NCBI GenBank assembly: GCA_002317215.1
Contig: DCJD01000012.1
Coordinates: 6,579-70,578 of the forward strand
DNA: 64,000 nt
Direction: 5' to 3'
DNA from: Bacillales bacterium UBA1709
Lineage (GTDB): Bacteria > Bacillota_I > Bacilli_A > RFN20 > UBA1709
The position numbers and the translations under genes are program-made. Of this stretch, positions 1 to 8,585 are shown one piece after another. The notes below the pieces were generated by a model. The model did not search any database. It was given only the letters and a program-made list of their open reading frames with translations, and was not told the DNA's origin. How positions within the stretch are numbered: position 1 is the stretch's first letter; each line of letters opens with the position of its first letter.

Positions 1-560
1 TCTCTTTTATAACAATTTATCTTAAATTTATATTTATTTTCTTGATGATTTTTAACGTATTCAAAACCTAAAATATCATTTGGATTTTCTAGATAAAAAT
101 CAGTAATAGTTTGGATTGCTTTTGCTTTAGAATATGGATAAGAATATCCTTTATCCATAAGGTCTTCTATAATCTCATCAACCCTAGGATTATTAAATTC
201 TTTATTCTTAAATTTATTTAAGAATAAATCAGTATCACCAGATTCAGTTCCAAACACTATTTCATCAACCATCATTTCATTTAAAATATCTAAAGAATAT
301 TTAGCATAAATATCAGCAGATTGGACTGCAAAAATAGTTGGTATTTCAACTACAATATCTACACCATTTTTTAAAGCATCTTTTACTCTTTTATATTTAG
401 GATAAATAGCAACTTCTCCCCTTTGAACAAAGTTAGGAGATAAGGCCATTATAAAAGTAGCATACTTATCTAAATTAAATGCATTTTTTAAATATGTTTT
501 ATGTCCCAAGTGAAACGGATTTAACTCCGCAATAAGACCAATACTTTTACTATTTTTCAT
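1..560 (-). CDS. tmcAL: tRNA(Met) cytidine acetate ligase TmcAL (YlbM family), N-terminal part; the gene runs past the window start
   Basis: Minus-strand ATG at 560-558. Hand translation gives MKNSKSIGLIAELNPFHLGHKTYL...ALSPNFVQRGEVAIYPKYKRVKDALKNGVDIVVEIPTIFAVQSADIYAKYSLDILNE, with the NPFHxGH nucleotidyltransferase motif and the YlbM/TmcAL core. It is absent from the ORF track because it is truncated by the window edge. In B. subtilis the neighbours are ylbM-ylbN-rpmF. Confidence 0.6.
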   Translation of the reverse strand, partial: MKNSKSIGLIAELNPFHLGHKTYLKNAFNLDKYATFIMALSPNFVQRGEVAIYPKYKRVKDALKNGVDIVVEIPTIFAVQSADIYAKYSLDILNEMMVDEIVFGTESGDTDLFLNKFKNKEFNNPRVDEIIEDLMDKGYSYPYSKAKAIQTITDFYLENPNDILGFEYVKNHQENKYKFKINCYKR

Positions 561-618
561 TTGACTATAAATACGTGTTTATTATATAATAATAAAGCGT
601 TAAAAAGAAGGTAAAATC

Positions 619-1080
619 ATGAAGTGGACTAAAAGAGAACTAGAGAATAAAAATCCAAACTCATTTAGCTATGAAGAAGATATCGACTTTTCAAACGAAA
701 CATTTCCAAAAGAATTAAATGTTAATTCTATTAAAAATGTCCACGTTAGATCTAGTGCTAAATATGACTCATATCTTGAATCGCTAAGCTTAGAGGTTAA
801 CATCACTGGAACAATGGTTATACCATGTGCCAGAACATTAGAGCCAATTGATTATCACTTCGAAACCAATGAGAATGTAATATATTCATTCCAAGATTGT
901 GATTTTGATGCTATAATAATTAACGGCAACATTATTGACACATTCGAATTTATTCGAGATTGTGTCATAACAAGCGTTCCTCTTGCGGTTTATAAAGAAG
1001 GAACAACATCAATTCAAAAACAAGAATCAAATGATGAAATTGATCCGCGTTTTGCAAAATTAAAAGATTTAATTAAATAG
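619..1080 (+). CDS. yceD: YceD/YlbN (DUF177) protein associated with large-subunit rRNA accumulation
   Basis: 153 aa and acidic, lying immediately upstream of rpmF as in the Firmicutes ylbN-rpmF arrangement. Confidence 0.55.
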   Translation: MKWTKRELENKNPNSFSYEEDIDFSNETFPKELNVNSIKNVHVRSSAKYDSYLESLSLEVNITGTMVIPCARTLEPIDYHFETNENVIYSFQDCDFDAIIINGNIIDTFEFIRDCVITSVPLAVYKEGTTSIQKQESNDEIDPRFAKLKDLIK

Positions 1081-1091
1081 GAGGAGATTTT

Positions 1092-1283
1092 ATGGCAACA
1101 CCACAACATCACACATCAAAACAAAAGAAAAATTCAAGAAGATCTCATGATGCTTTAAAAGCAGCTTCTCTTGTAGTTTGCCCAAACTGTGGAAAAGAAA
1201 TTCTTCCACATAGAGTATGTCCAAACTGTGGCTACTATGATGGCAAAAAAGAAGTTGAAATTAAAGTAAAGGACGCTGAATAG
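1092..1283 (+). CDS. rpmF: 50S ribosomal protein L32
   Basis: 63 aa with a basic N-terminus and a CPNCG...CPNCG zinc ribbon. An RBS (ggagg) lies upstream. Confidence 0.9.
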   Translation: MATPQHHTSKQKKNSRRSHDALKAASLVVCPNCGKEILPHRVCPNCGYYDGKKEVEIKVKDAE

Positions 1284-1287
1284 TAAT

Positions 1288-1318
1288 AAAAAAATACTGA
1301 TAATTCAGTATTTTTTTA
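1288..1318. terminator. Bidirectional rho-independent terminator between rpmF and trkH
   Basis: The hairpin aaaaatactga-taat-tcagtattttttt is flanked by A-runs and T-runs, so it can terminate on either strand. Confidence 0.6.
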
Positions 1319-1321
1319 TGC

Positions 1322-2773
1322 TTAATATCTTTGCCAAGTACGAGGGAAAAATAATACTAGTATTGGATATAATTCTAATCTTCCAATTAACATTTCAATT
1401 GATAAGAAGAATTTTGAAATATATGAATAAGATACATAAGTACTACATGGTCCGACGTTTCCAAAACCAGGTCCAACATTACTAATGCTACTTAATGATG
1501 CTGTGAAATTAGTTATTAAATCATTTGTTCCATCTAAACTTATTAGTAATGTAAAGATAAATAATATAAGTATATATGTTGAGAAGAATGATTTTGTCTC
1601 GTGAATAATATCTGAATCAAGAGATTGATGATTTATTTGAATTGATTTAATACGATCGTTATTAAGTTTAGTATCTATTCTTCTAAAATTAGATTTATTA
1701 ATAATAATCATTCTACTAACCTTAACTCCTCCGCTAGTGCTACCAGCGCAACTACCAATAAACATAAGAATAATAATTATTAATTGAGATAAACTAGGCC
1801 AATAAGCAAAATCTACCGTTGCAAATCCAGTTGTTGTAATAATTGAGGCTACTTGGAATAAACTAGTTCTAAAAGCTTCTTCAAAATTAGAACATCTATT
1901 ATAAATATTGATACTTATGCCAATAACGGCAAGTAATACAATTCCTAAATAAACTCTTAGTTCTTCGTCTTTAAAGAAAACCTTAATTGATTTAATAAAT
2001 AAGTAGTAATATAAAGAAAAATTAATTCCCGCAAGTAACATGAATATAGAAATAATATATTGAGAATAAACTGATATGTTTGCTAGTCCAGCATTATATA
2101 TTGAAAATCCTCCAGTAGCAGTAGTAGATAAACTAATACAAATGCTGTCAAATAACGGATTTTTACCAATTATTAATAATATGATTTCAAGACTAGTTAA
2201 ACCAATATATAAGTAATATAAAGTTCTAGTTGTAAATTTCATTTTACTTGATAGTTTACCAACACTTGGGCCAGTTGATTCAGCTCTTAATAAATGAATT
2301 GAAGTATCTTCGTTTTGTCCGATATCAAATGCAAGCATAAAGACTAAAACTCCCATCCCACCAATCCATTGAGTTAATGAACGATAGAACAAGATTGAAT
2401 GGTCTAATCCTTCAACGTTTTTAACAACACTACTTCCGGTAGTGGAATATCCAGAACAAGTCTCAAAAAATGCATCAATATAATTTGGAATAGATGAACT
2501 AATTACATATGGTAATGCTCCAATTAAACAAATAATTAGCCAACATAATCCTACAATAACTAGACCATCTTTTGGTCCTATTTTAATACTTGAATTAGTT
2601 TTAATTTTTAAAAGAAAAGACAGACCAATACAGAAACTTGATGTTGCTACAAATGCAATATAATTAATAAAATTTTCTTTGTAAATAATGCATACTATTA
2701 AAGGGAGCAATAACATAATTGCTTGCATAAGTAATATACGACTAATTGTTCTTCTAATTGAATTATAGTTCAT
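1322..2773 (-). CDS. trkH: Trk/Ktr-family potassium uptake membrane subunit (TrkH/KtrB)
   Basis: 483 aa polytopic membrane protein with repeated GGF/TTTGF selectivity-filter-like motifs. It lies adjacent to trkA. Confidence 0.75.
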   Translation of the reverse strand: MNYNSIRRTISRILLMQAIMLLLPLIVCIIYKENFINYIAFVATSSFCIGLSFLLKIKTNSSIKIGPKDGLVIVGLCWLIICLIGALPYVISSSIPNYIDAFFETCSGYSTTGSSVVKNVEGLDHSILFYRSLTQWIGGMGVLVFMLAFDIGQNEDTSIHLLRAESTGPSVGKLSSKMKFTTRTLYYLYIGLTSLEIILLIIGKNPLFDSICISLSTTATGGFSIYNAGLANISVYSQYIISIFMLLAGINFSLYYYLFIKSIKVFFKDEELRVYLGIVLLAVIGISINIYNRCSNFEEAFRTSLFQVASIITTTGFATVDFAYWPSLSQLIIIILMFIGSCAGSTSGGVKVSRMIIINKSNFRRIDTKLNNDRIKSIQINHQSLDSDIIHETKSFFSTYILILFIFTLLISLDGTNDLITNFTASLSSISNVGPGFGNVGPCSTYVSYSYISKFFLSIEMLIGRLELYPILVLFFPRTWQRY

Positions 2774-2775
2774 AT

Positions 2776-4122
2776 CTATTTAAGTATATCATTAACATCA
2801 CTTAAGCTAGTTTTAGATACTACGATAACATTATCATCTAGCTTAATCTTATTTCTACCTGTTGGAATGACTGCTTCACCATTTTTAATGATGGTTGCAA
2901 TAATACAGTCTTCTTTTATTTTTAAATCTTTGATCTCTTTGTCAATAAACTCACAATCTTTATTAATATGGAATTCAATTGCTTCTAATTGTTCATCAAC
3001 TATTTTATGCATTTTAATAACATTAGATCCATGCGGATTTCCTAATTGTCTTGCATAAGATACGATTTTATCAGCAATAATTTGCTTTGGTGTAACAACA
3101 CTAGCAAACTTAGTTTGCTCAATCATTTCACTAATATTAGTTCTATTTTGTCTTAGTATAACTTTATTAACATTTCTACTTGAAGCAAAAACAGCACTAA
3201 TCAAATTTTCTTCATCTAATGGAGCAAGAGCAATAACAGCATCACAATTATCGATTCCTTGATTAATTAATGTATCAATATTAGTTCCGTCCCCATTAAT
3301 AATTTGACATTTATCAAATGTTTCAGAAAGCTTTTCACATACTTCCTTATCAATTTCGATAACTTTAGTATTATATCTAGGTTTATTAAGTTTACTTAAT
3401 AAATAAATTGAAGTATTACCTCCACCAATAATCAAGAAATTTTTCAAAGCTTTTCTTTTAGAATTTATATAATACATAAACTCAACCATATCTTCTTTAG
3501 TGGCTATAACAGAAACTTTATCATTTTCTTCAATTTCATCTTCTCCACGAGGAATAAATATATTGTTATTTCTATTAATTGATACAAACAAAATATTCGA
3601 ATCAAATTCTCTTCTTATATCTTTTAATTGACGACCAATTAGATTGTTATTTTCTGCAACAGCAAATTCAAAAATATTAATGTCATTATCAAAACTATCA
3701 ATTTGCATAGCACTTGGAATTGAAATCATCTTAAAAATCTCTTCTGCAGTCTCTTTTTCTGGATTAATAAGCATGTTGATTCCTAAGTCTTCGAGGATTG
3801 ATGTTTCGGAATTATAATGAGGCATTCTAACTCTAGCAATTGTATTCTTAGCACCTAATCTTTTTGCGATGAGACAACTTACTATATTTTGCTCATCACT
3901 AGATGTTGTAGAAATAAATAGATCACAAGAGTTAACATTAGCCTCTTTTAAAATAGCCTTATCAGTTCCATCACCAACAAGACCTCTAATGTCAAAACTA
4001 TTAATAATTTGAGTAATCTTAGCAGGATTTGAATCAATAACTATAATGTCATGTTCTTCTTTAACTAAGTTAAAAACTATTGATTTTCCAATTGTACCTG
4101 CCCCAACTAAAATAATTTTCAT
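2776..4122 (-). CDS. trkA: Potassium uptake protein TrkA (two NAD-binding RCK modules)
   Basis: MKIILVGAGTIGKS Rossmann motif, and a second GGGNTS motif at about residue 225. 448 aa. Confidence 0.8.
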   Translation of the reverse strand: MKIILVGAGTIGKSIVFNLVKEEHDIIVIDSNPAKITQIINSFDIRGLVGDGTDKAILKEANVNSCDLFISTTSSDEQNIVSCLIAKRLGAKNTIARVRMPHYNSETSILEDLGINMLINPEKETAEEIFKMISIPSAMQIDSFDNDINIFEFAVAENNNLIGRQLKDIRREFDSNILFVSINRNNNIFIPRGEDEIEENDKVSVIATKEDMVEFMYYINSKRKALKNFLIIGGGNTSIYLLSKLNKPRYNTKVIEIDKEVCEKLSETFDKCQIINGDGTNIDTLINQGIDNCDAVIALAPLDEENLISAVFASSRNVNKVILRQNRTNISEMIEQTKFASVVTPKQIIADKIVSYARQLGNPHGSNVIKMHKIVDEQLEAIEFHINKDCEFIDKEIKDLKIKEDCIIATIIKNGEAVIPTGRNKIKLDDNVIVVSKTSLSDVNDILK

Positions 4123-4295
4123 AAATAAAATTATCCTCCTTTGTTGGCCATTTAATTATAACACTATATAAAGAAATTGTATATTTTTGACTGTTAGACT
4201 ATCTGCCCATTCTTTGAATGGGCATTAAAGTACTCATAACAAAAATTAATAAAATAGTGAAAAAATACTAATTTTCTTTACAAAATCTATTATTA

Positions 4296-4345
4296 TATAT
4301 ATAATAATGGTACAAAGTGGGACAAAGTGGTTTCCCGTGAAACAA
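4296..4345 (+). promoter_or_regulatory. mraZ promoter (-10 tatataat) with tandem MraZ operator repeats
   Basis: Direct repeats acaaagtgg at 4312-4320 and 4322-4330 (10-bp period), plus a degenerate third repeat cccgtga. This matches the AAAGTG[G/T] repeat operator described for MraZ in Mollicutes and Firmicutes. Confidence 0.55.
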
Positions 4346-4357
4346 TGAGGTGATGAT

Positions 4358-4780
4358 ATGTTTATTGGACAATACTTTCAAAAAGTAGATGAAAAAAACA
4401 GAATTATTATTCCAAGTAAGTTCAGAAATGAACTCTCTTTTGGCGCTATTATCACCTTAGGTTATGACAAGTGTTTATCAATCTACACACAAGAAGAATG
4501 GGTAAAACTACAAAACAAGTTATTAGAATTAAGCGAAAATAAATCTGACTATAGAAGACATGTAAGAGCTATTGCTAGTAGTGCAACTGAATGTAGTGTT
4601 GATAGTCATGGAAGAGTATTAATTCCTTCAACATTATTAAATACTATTGGTATTAGCAAAGATGTTGTTATGGTTGGAAATCTAGATCATGTTGAGATAT
4701 GGTCAAAAGAAGCTTGGATTGAATATTATTCCAAGTCAGTAGAAAGCTTTGATGAATTAAGTGAAAGGTTTGAAAAGTAA
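4358..4780 (+). CDS. mraZ: Transcriptional regulator MraZ
   Basis: 140 aa with duplicated SpoVT/AbrB-like halves. The N-terminus MFIGQYFQKVDEKNRIIIP is typical of MraZ. Confidence 0.9.
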   Translation: MFIGQYFQKVDEKNRIIIPSKFRNELSFGAIITLGYDKCLSIYTQEEWVKLQNKLLELSENKSDYRRHVRAIASSATECSVDSHGRVLIPSTLLNTIGISKDVVMVGNLDHVEIWSKEAWIEYYSKSVESFDELSERFEK

Positions 4781-5718
4781 TGATTGAATTTAAACATCAA
4801 CCTGTAATGCTTAAAGAATGCATTGAAAACTTAAATATTAAAAAAGATGGTGTCTATGTTGATGCTACAGTTGGTGGAGCAGGACATAGTTATCATATAT
4901 TAGAAGTTTTAGACGAAAGCGGATATCTTTATTGCTTTGATCAAGATATTAACGCTATAGAGGCAGCTAGAAAACATCTGCAAACTCTCTCAAAACAAAA
5001 TTATTCTTTAATTAATGTTAATTTCTCCAATATGAAAGAAGCACTTAATTATAAGAATACTCCTATTGCAGACGGGATCTTATTTGATCTAGGTGTCTCT
5101 TCCTTTCAACTGGATGAGCCAAGTAGAGGCTTTTCATATAGATATGATGCTAAATTAGATATGCGAATGAATCAAAACAATTCTTTAAGTGCATATGATG
5201 TAGTAAATAGATATAAGGAAGAAGATTTAACTAGAATATTATTTGAATATGGTGAAGAAAAATATGCTAGAAGAATTGCTAGTAATATTGTTACTCATCG
5301 TAAAAATAAACCTATTGAAACTACTCTTGAACTAGTTGAAATTATTAAAAATAGTGTTCCAAGTAGTTATATTAGAGAAACTCATCCTGCTAAAAAGAGT
5401 TTCCAAGCAATAAGAATAGAAGTAAACAATGAATTAGGAATATTAAAACAAAGTTTAGAAGATGCTTTGGCTTTATTAAAACCTTATGGAAGGCTAGTGG
5501 TTATTACTTTCCATTCATTAGAAGATCGCATTGTTAAACAACTATTTAAAGAAAAAAGTAGTGAAGAAAGTTGGCATAGAGGAATGCCAGTAAATATTAG
5601 TACTAAACCATGTGAGTTTAAATTAATCACAAATAAGCCTTTAACTGCCTCAAATGAAGAACTAGAAATTAATAATCGTTCTCATTCAGCTAAAGTTAGA
5701 GTTATTGAAAGAATTTAG
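4780..5718 (+). CDS. rsmH: 16S rRNA (cytosine1402-N4)-methyltransferase RsmH (MraW)
   Basis: DATVGGAGHS SAM-binding motif. Its position after mraZ fits the expected gene order. Confidence 0.9.
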   Translation: MIEFKHQPVMLKECIENLNIKKDGVYVDATVGGAGHSYHILEVLDESGYLYCFDQDINAIEAARKHLQTLSKQNYSLINVNFSNMKEALNYKNTPIADGILFDLGVSSFQLDEPSRGFSYRYDAKLDMRMNQNNSLSAYDVVNRYKEEDLTRILFEYGEEKYARRIASNIVTHRKNKPIETTLELVEIIKNSVPSSYIRETHPAKKSFQAIRIEVNNELGILKQSLEDALALLKPYGRLVVITFHSLEDRIVKQLFKEKSSEESWHRGMPVNISTKPCEFKLITNKPLTASNEELEINNRSHSAKVRVIERI

Positions 5719-5732
5719 AAAGGAGTTATAAA

Positions 5733-6830
5733 ATGGAACAATTTGTTACAGCAGTAGATTTTGGTGAAACATATTTCAAACTAGTTAAAGCAAGTATCAC
5801 AAATGACACATTGCACATTTGTTCTACTTATAAAGTCTTAACTAGAGGATTAAGAGATGGAGAAATCTATTCTAAATCTGAATTTCAAGAATGCTTAGCA
5901 AGCTTAATTAATAAAGCAAGCACTTCTAAAGAACCTATTCATAAAATATTTGTAATTTTACCTTCTAATAAGTTAAATGTTACAAGAAAGAAATTAGAAC
6001 TTATAAATGAAAAATATCCTGAAGGTTTAACAACTAAAGAGGATATTATCAACTTGAAGAAACAAATGACTACATCTGGTTTAAAAGAAAATGAAATGAG
6101 CGTTGGATTATATCCAATTAGTTATTATTCAGATGGTAGAGATTTAGATAAGATAGAACCATATGGTGAAAGATGTCATACATATGGATTAGAAGCTTTT
6201 GTTGCAAGTTTACCGATTTCTTCTAGTAGAGGATTTATTGATAGTATCGAAGAAATGGGAATTGGAGTACTAGGAGCAATTGTTGCCCCAATTGCAAATA
6301 GTTCATTATGTTTAAAACAAAACGAAATAAATACTGGAGCTATCTTACTTGATTTAGGCGGAGATGGAGTTAGTATTAGTGCTTTCTATAATGGCTATAT
6401 ACTAGCCAATTATAGATGTAAAAAGGGTATAACTAATGTTATTAACATCTTATCTAATTCATTAGCAATAGATTTTACTACAGCAACAGAATACCTATAC
6501 AAATATGGAGTAGGAAGTAGTAAAGATGGTGGAAGTTATAAGATTATTGAAAAAGATATTAAAGAAAATGAAATAACTGAAGTTATAGAAAATGGATTAA
6601 ATGAAGTATTTGATGAAATAAAAAAGGTTATTAATGGATTTATAAATGAGTCAGCTGACTTGCCAATTATATTAACTGGTGGAGGAGCTAATATATATCA
6701 TATAGATAATTCTATTAGTGATATATTGAATAGAACTACTTATACTAGGGGTTATAGTAAAGTAGGTGGAAAAGATTATTCATACAATTGTTGTATTGGT
6801 GGAATAATTTATTATTTAACACATAAGTAG
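5733..6830 (+). CDS. ftsA: Divergent FtsA-like actin-fold cell division protein
   Basis: 365 aa, placed between rsmH and ftsZ as with MG_224 in Mollicutes. The sequence is divergent, so the call rests mostly on synteny. Confidence 0.45.
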   Translation: MEQFVTAVDFGETYFKLVKASITNDTLHICSTYKVLTRGLRDGEIYSKSEFQECLASLINKASTSKEPIHKIFVILPSNKLNVTRKKLELINEKYPEGLTTKEDIINLKKQMTTSGLKENEMSVGLYPISYYSDGRDLDKIEPYGERCHTYGLEAFVASLPISSSRGFIDSIEEMGIGVLGAIVAPIANSSLCLKQNEINTGAILLDLGGDGVSISAFYNGYILANYRCKKGITNVINILSNSLAIDFTTATEYLYKYGVGSSKDGGSYKIIEKDIKENEITEVIENGLNEVFDEIKKVINGFINESADLPIILTGGGANIYHIDNSISDILNRTTYTRGYSKVGGKDYSYNCCIGGIIYYLTHK

Positions 6831-6841
6831 GAGGTAAAATT

Positions 6842-8005
6842 ATGGAAAATGAAAGATTAGATATAACTGATAACGTTGCTGTTATTAAAGTTATTGGTGT
6901 TGGTGGTGGAGGAAATAACGCTGTTAATAGAATGTGTAATGAACATATTGATGGCGTTGAATTTATTGCTGCTAATACTGATCAACAAGTATTGGATACT
7001 AACTTAGCTCCTACTCACTTATTATTAGGATATGGAGTAACGCATGGTCTTGGTGCTGGAGGAGATCCTGAAGTTGGAACTGCTGCAGCAGAAGAATCAT
7101 TAAATGATATTAAAAACTTAGTTAGAAATGCTAACATGGTTTTTATTGCCGCTGGAATGGGAGGAGGAACTGGAACTGGTGCTGCCCCTATTATTGCAAA
7201 AACTTGTAAAGAATTAGGAATATTAACAATTGGTATTGTTACTCGTCCATTTACATTTGAAGGAAAAAGAAGAAACGGAAATGCTGTAGAAGGATTGGCA
7301 AAATTAAAACCATATTGTGATTCTTTAATCGTTATTTCTAATGATCAATTGCTACAACTTTGTGGAACTGAATCATTTCAAAATGCATTCAAACAATGTG
7401 ATGACGTATTATGCCATAGCGTAAAAATTATTACTGATTTAATATTAAAACCAGCATTAATTAACTTAGACTTTAATGATGTTAGAGCAGTTATGAAAAA
7501 TAAAGGAACTGCTTTAATTGGTATGGGAAGAGGAAAAGGCGAAAATAAAGCAAGAATTGCCGCCGAAGAAGCTATTAAATCTCCATTACTAGAGATTGCA
7601 ATAAAAGGTGCTAAAAATGCTATTGTATTCATTCAAGGTGGATCAAATATGACACCACTTGATTTCCATGAAGCAACTCAAATTGTAAAAGAAGCAACTC
7701 AAAATCCAGATATTAACTTAATATTTGGTGTTAGAAGTGATGAATCATTTGGTGATGATATGCAAGTTACAGTAATCGCAACAGAATTTGAAAACTCTGA
7801 TATTCATTTTGTTGATAAAGATGATGATTATGAATTAAATTTAGATACATTAGATATTACTAAATTAGAACAAGTAGAACCTAATAAAGAAGAAAGTACT
7901 GAAGAGATTACAAAAGAAGAAGAAACCGAAGAAGTTTGTGAAACCATAGAGGTTAACGAAAAGAAATCTCATCGTCCTTTATTCTTAAGGAGACGTAAAA
8001 GATAA
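6842..8005 (+). CDS. ftsZ: Cell division GTPase FtsZ
   Basis: GVGGGGNNAVNRM tubulin signature. The C-terminus is acidic then basic. Confidence 0.95.
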   Translation: MENERLDITDNVAVIKVIGVGGGGNNAVNRMCNEHIDGVEFIAANTDQQVLDTNLAPTHLLLGYGVTHGLGAGGDPEVGTAAAEESLNDIKNLVRNANMVFIAAGMGGGTGTGAAPIIAKTCKELGILTIGIVTRPFTFEGKRRNGNAVEGLAKLKPYCDSLIVISNDQLLQLCGTESFQNAFKQCDDVLCHSVKIITDLILKPALINLDFNDVRAVMKNKGTALIGMGRGKGENKARIAAEEAIKSPLLEIAIKGAKNAIVFIQGGSNMTPLDFHEATQIVKEATQNPDINLIFGVRSDESFGDDMQVTVIATEFENSDIHFVDKDDDYELNLDTLDITKLEQVEPNKEESTEEITKEEETEEVCETIEVNEKKSHRPLFLRRRKR

Positions 8006-8328
8006 TGAAAGATTTTGGACCTTTTAACAAATATTATTTCCCAACCGAAGAAGAATCAAAAGAAGGATTATTAAATACTTTTGAAAATAAAAATAAAGAT
8101 ACCAAACCAACATTTTTTAATCCAACTAGTTATAGCGAAGCAAATGCAATTGCTGATTGTATGATTAGTGGTAAATCAGTTATTGTAAATCTTGAATTAT
8201 TATTCAATGATGAAAATAAGAAGAATGAAGGTATTAGAATTGTAGATTATTTATGTGGAGTTAGTTATTGTGTTAAGATGAATGTCGTTAAAATCAATGG
8301 CTCTACTTTCTACTTCTCTAAAGAATAA
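8005..8328 (+). CDS. sepF: Cell division protein SepF
   Basis: 107 aa. The C-terminal core SGKSVIVNL...GIRIVDYLCGVSYCV...NVVKINGSTF matches the conserved SepF domain, and the gene follows ftsZ. Confidence 0.7.
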   Translation: MKDFGPFNKYYFPTEEESKEGLLNTFENKNKDTKPTFFNPTSYSEANAIADCMISGKSVIVNLELLFNDENKKNEGIRIVDYLCGVSYCVKMNVVKINGSTFYFSKE

Positions 8329-8364
8329 AATTGCAATAATTTAAAAGTTATATATAATATAACT

Positions 8365-8572
8365 TGTTAAAGACAAGACAAAGAATCGATACTAAAAAGC
8401 GAGTTATGATTGGTGAAAGATAACTAGTTTAAATCCTTTGTTATCACTTTATTATTTATAAGGTAGTTCCTATATAACTATAATTAAGGTGCATAATAAC
8501 TGTGTTATTATGAAGAAGGATGGTACCGCGAATTTTCGTTCCTATATATTTATATATAGGAATTTTTTATTA
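8365..8572 (+). promoter_or_regulatory. T-box riboswitch leader of ileS
   Basis: Conserved T-box sequence aaggatggtaccgcg at 8516-8530. It is followed by a terminator hairpin (ttcctatatat...atatataggaa plus a T-run) at 8539-8570. The candidate Ile specifier is aAUCc. Confidence 0.85.
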
Positions 8573-8585
8573 TAAGGAGATTAAT

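Noticed and set aside
4170-4215. Perfect 9-bp inverted repeat tgcccattc-tttg-gaatgggca in the divergent trkA-mraZ intergenic region
   Set aside because: I considered it as a terminator, but no gene ends there because both flanking genes diverge from it. It may be a regulator-binding palindrome, but a single copy with no recognisable motif gives nothing to follow up.
8539-8570. Alternating TA palindromes (tatatatttatatata) in the ileS and valS leaders, as possible repeat or CRISPR-like elements
   Set aside because: They are the loops and stems of the T-box terminator hairpins. There is no spacer-repeat periodicity.
8520-8585. ORF-track N-terminal extension of ileS (MVPRIFVPIYLYIGIFYYKEIN...)
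   Set aside because: These 22 codons overlap the T-box sequence and its terminator hairpin. The real start is ATG 8586, preceded by RBS aaggag.
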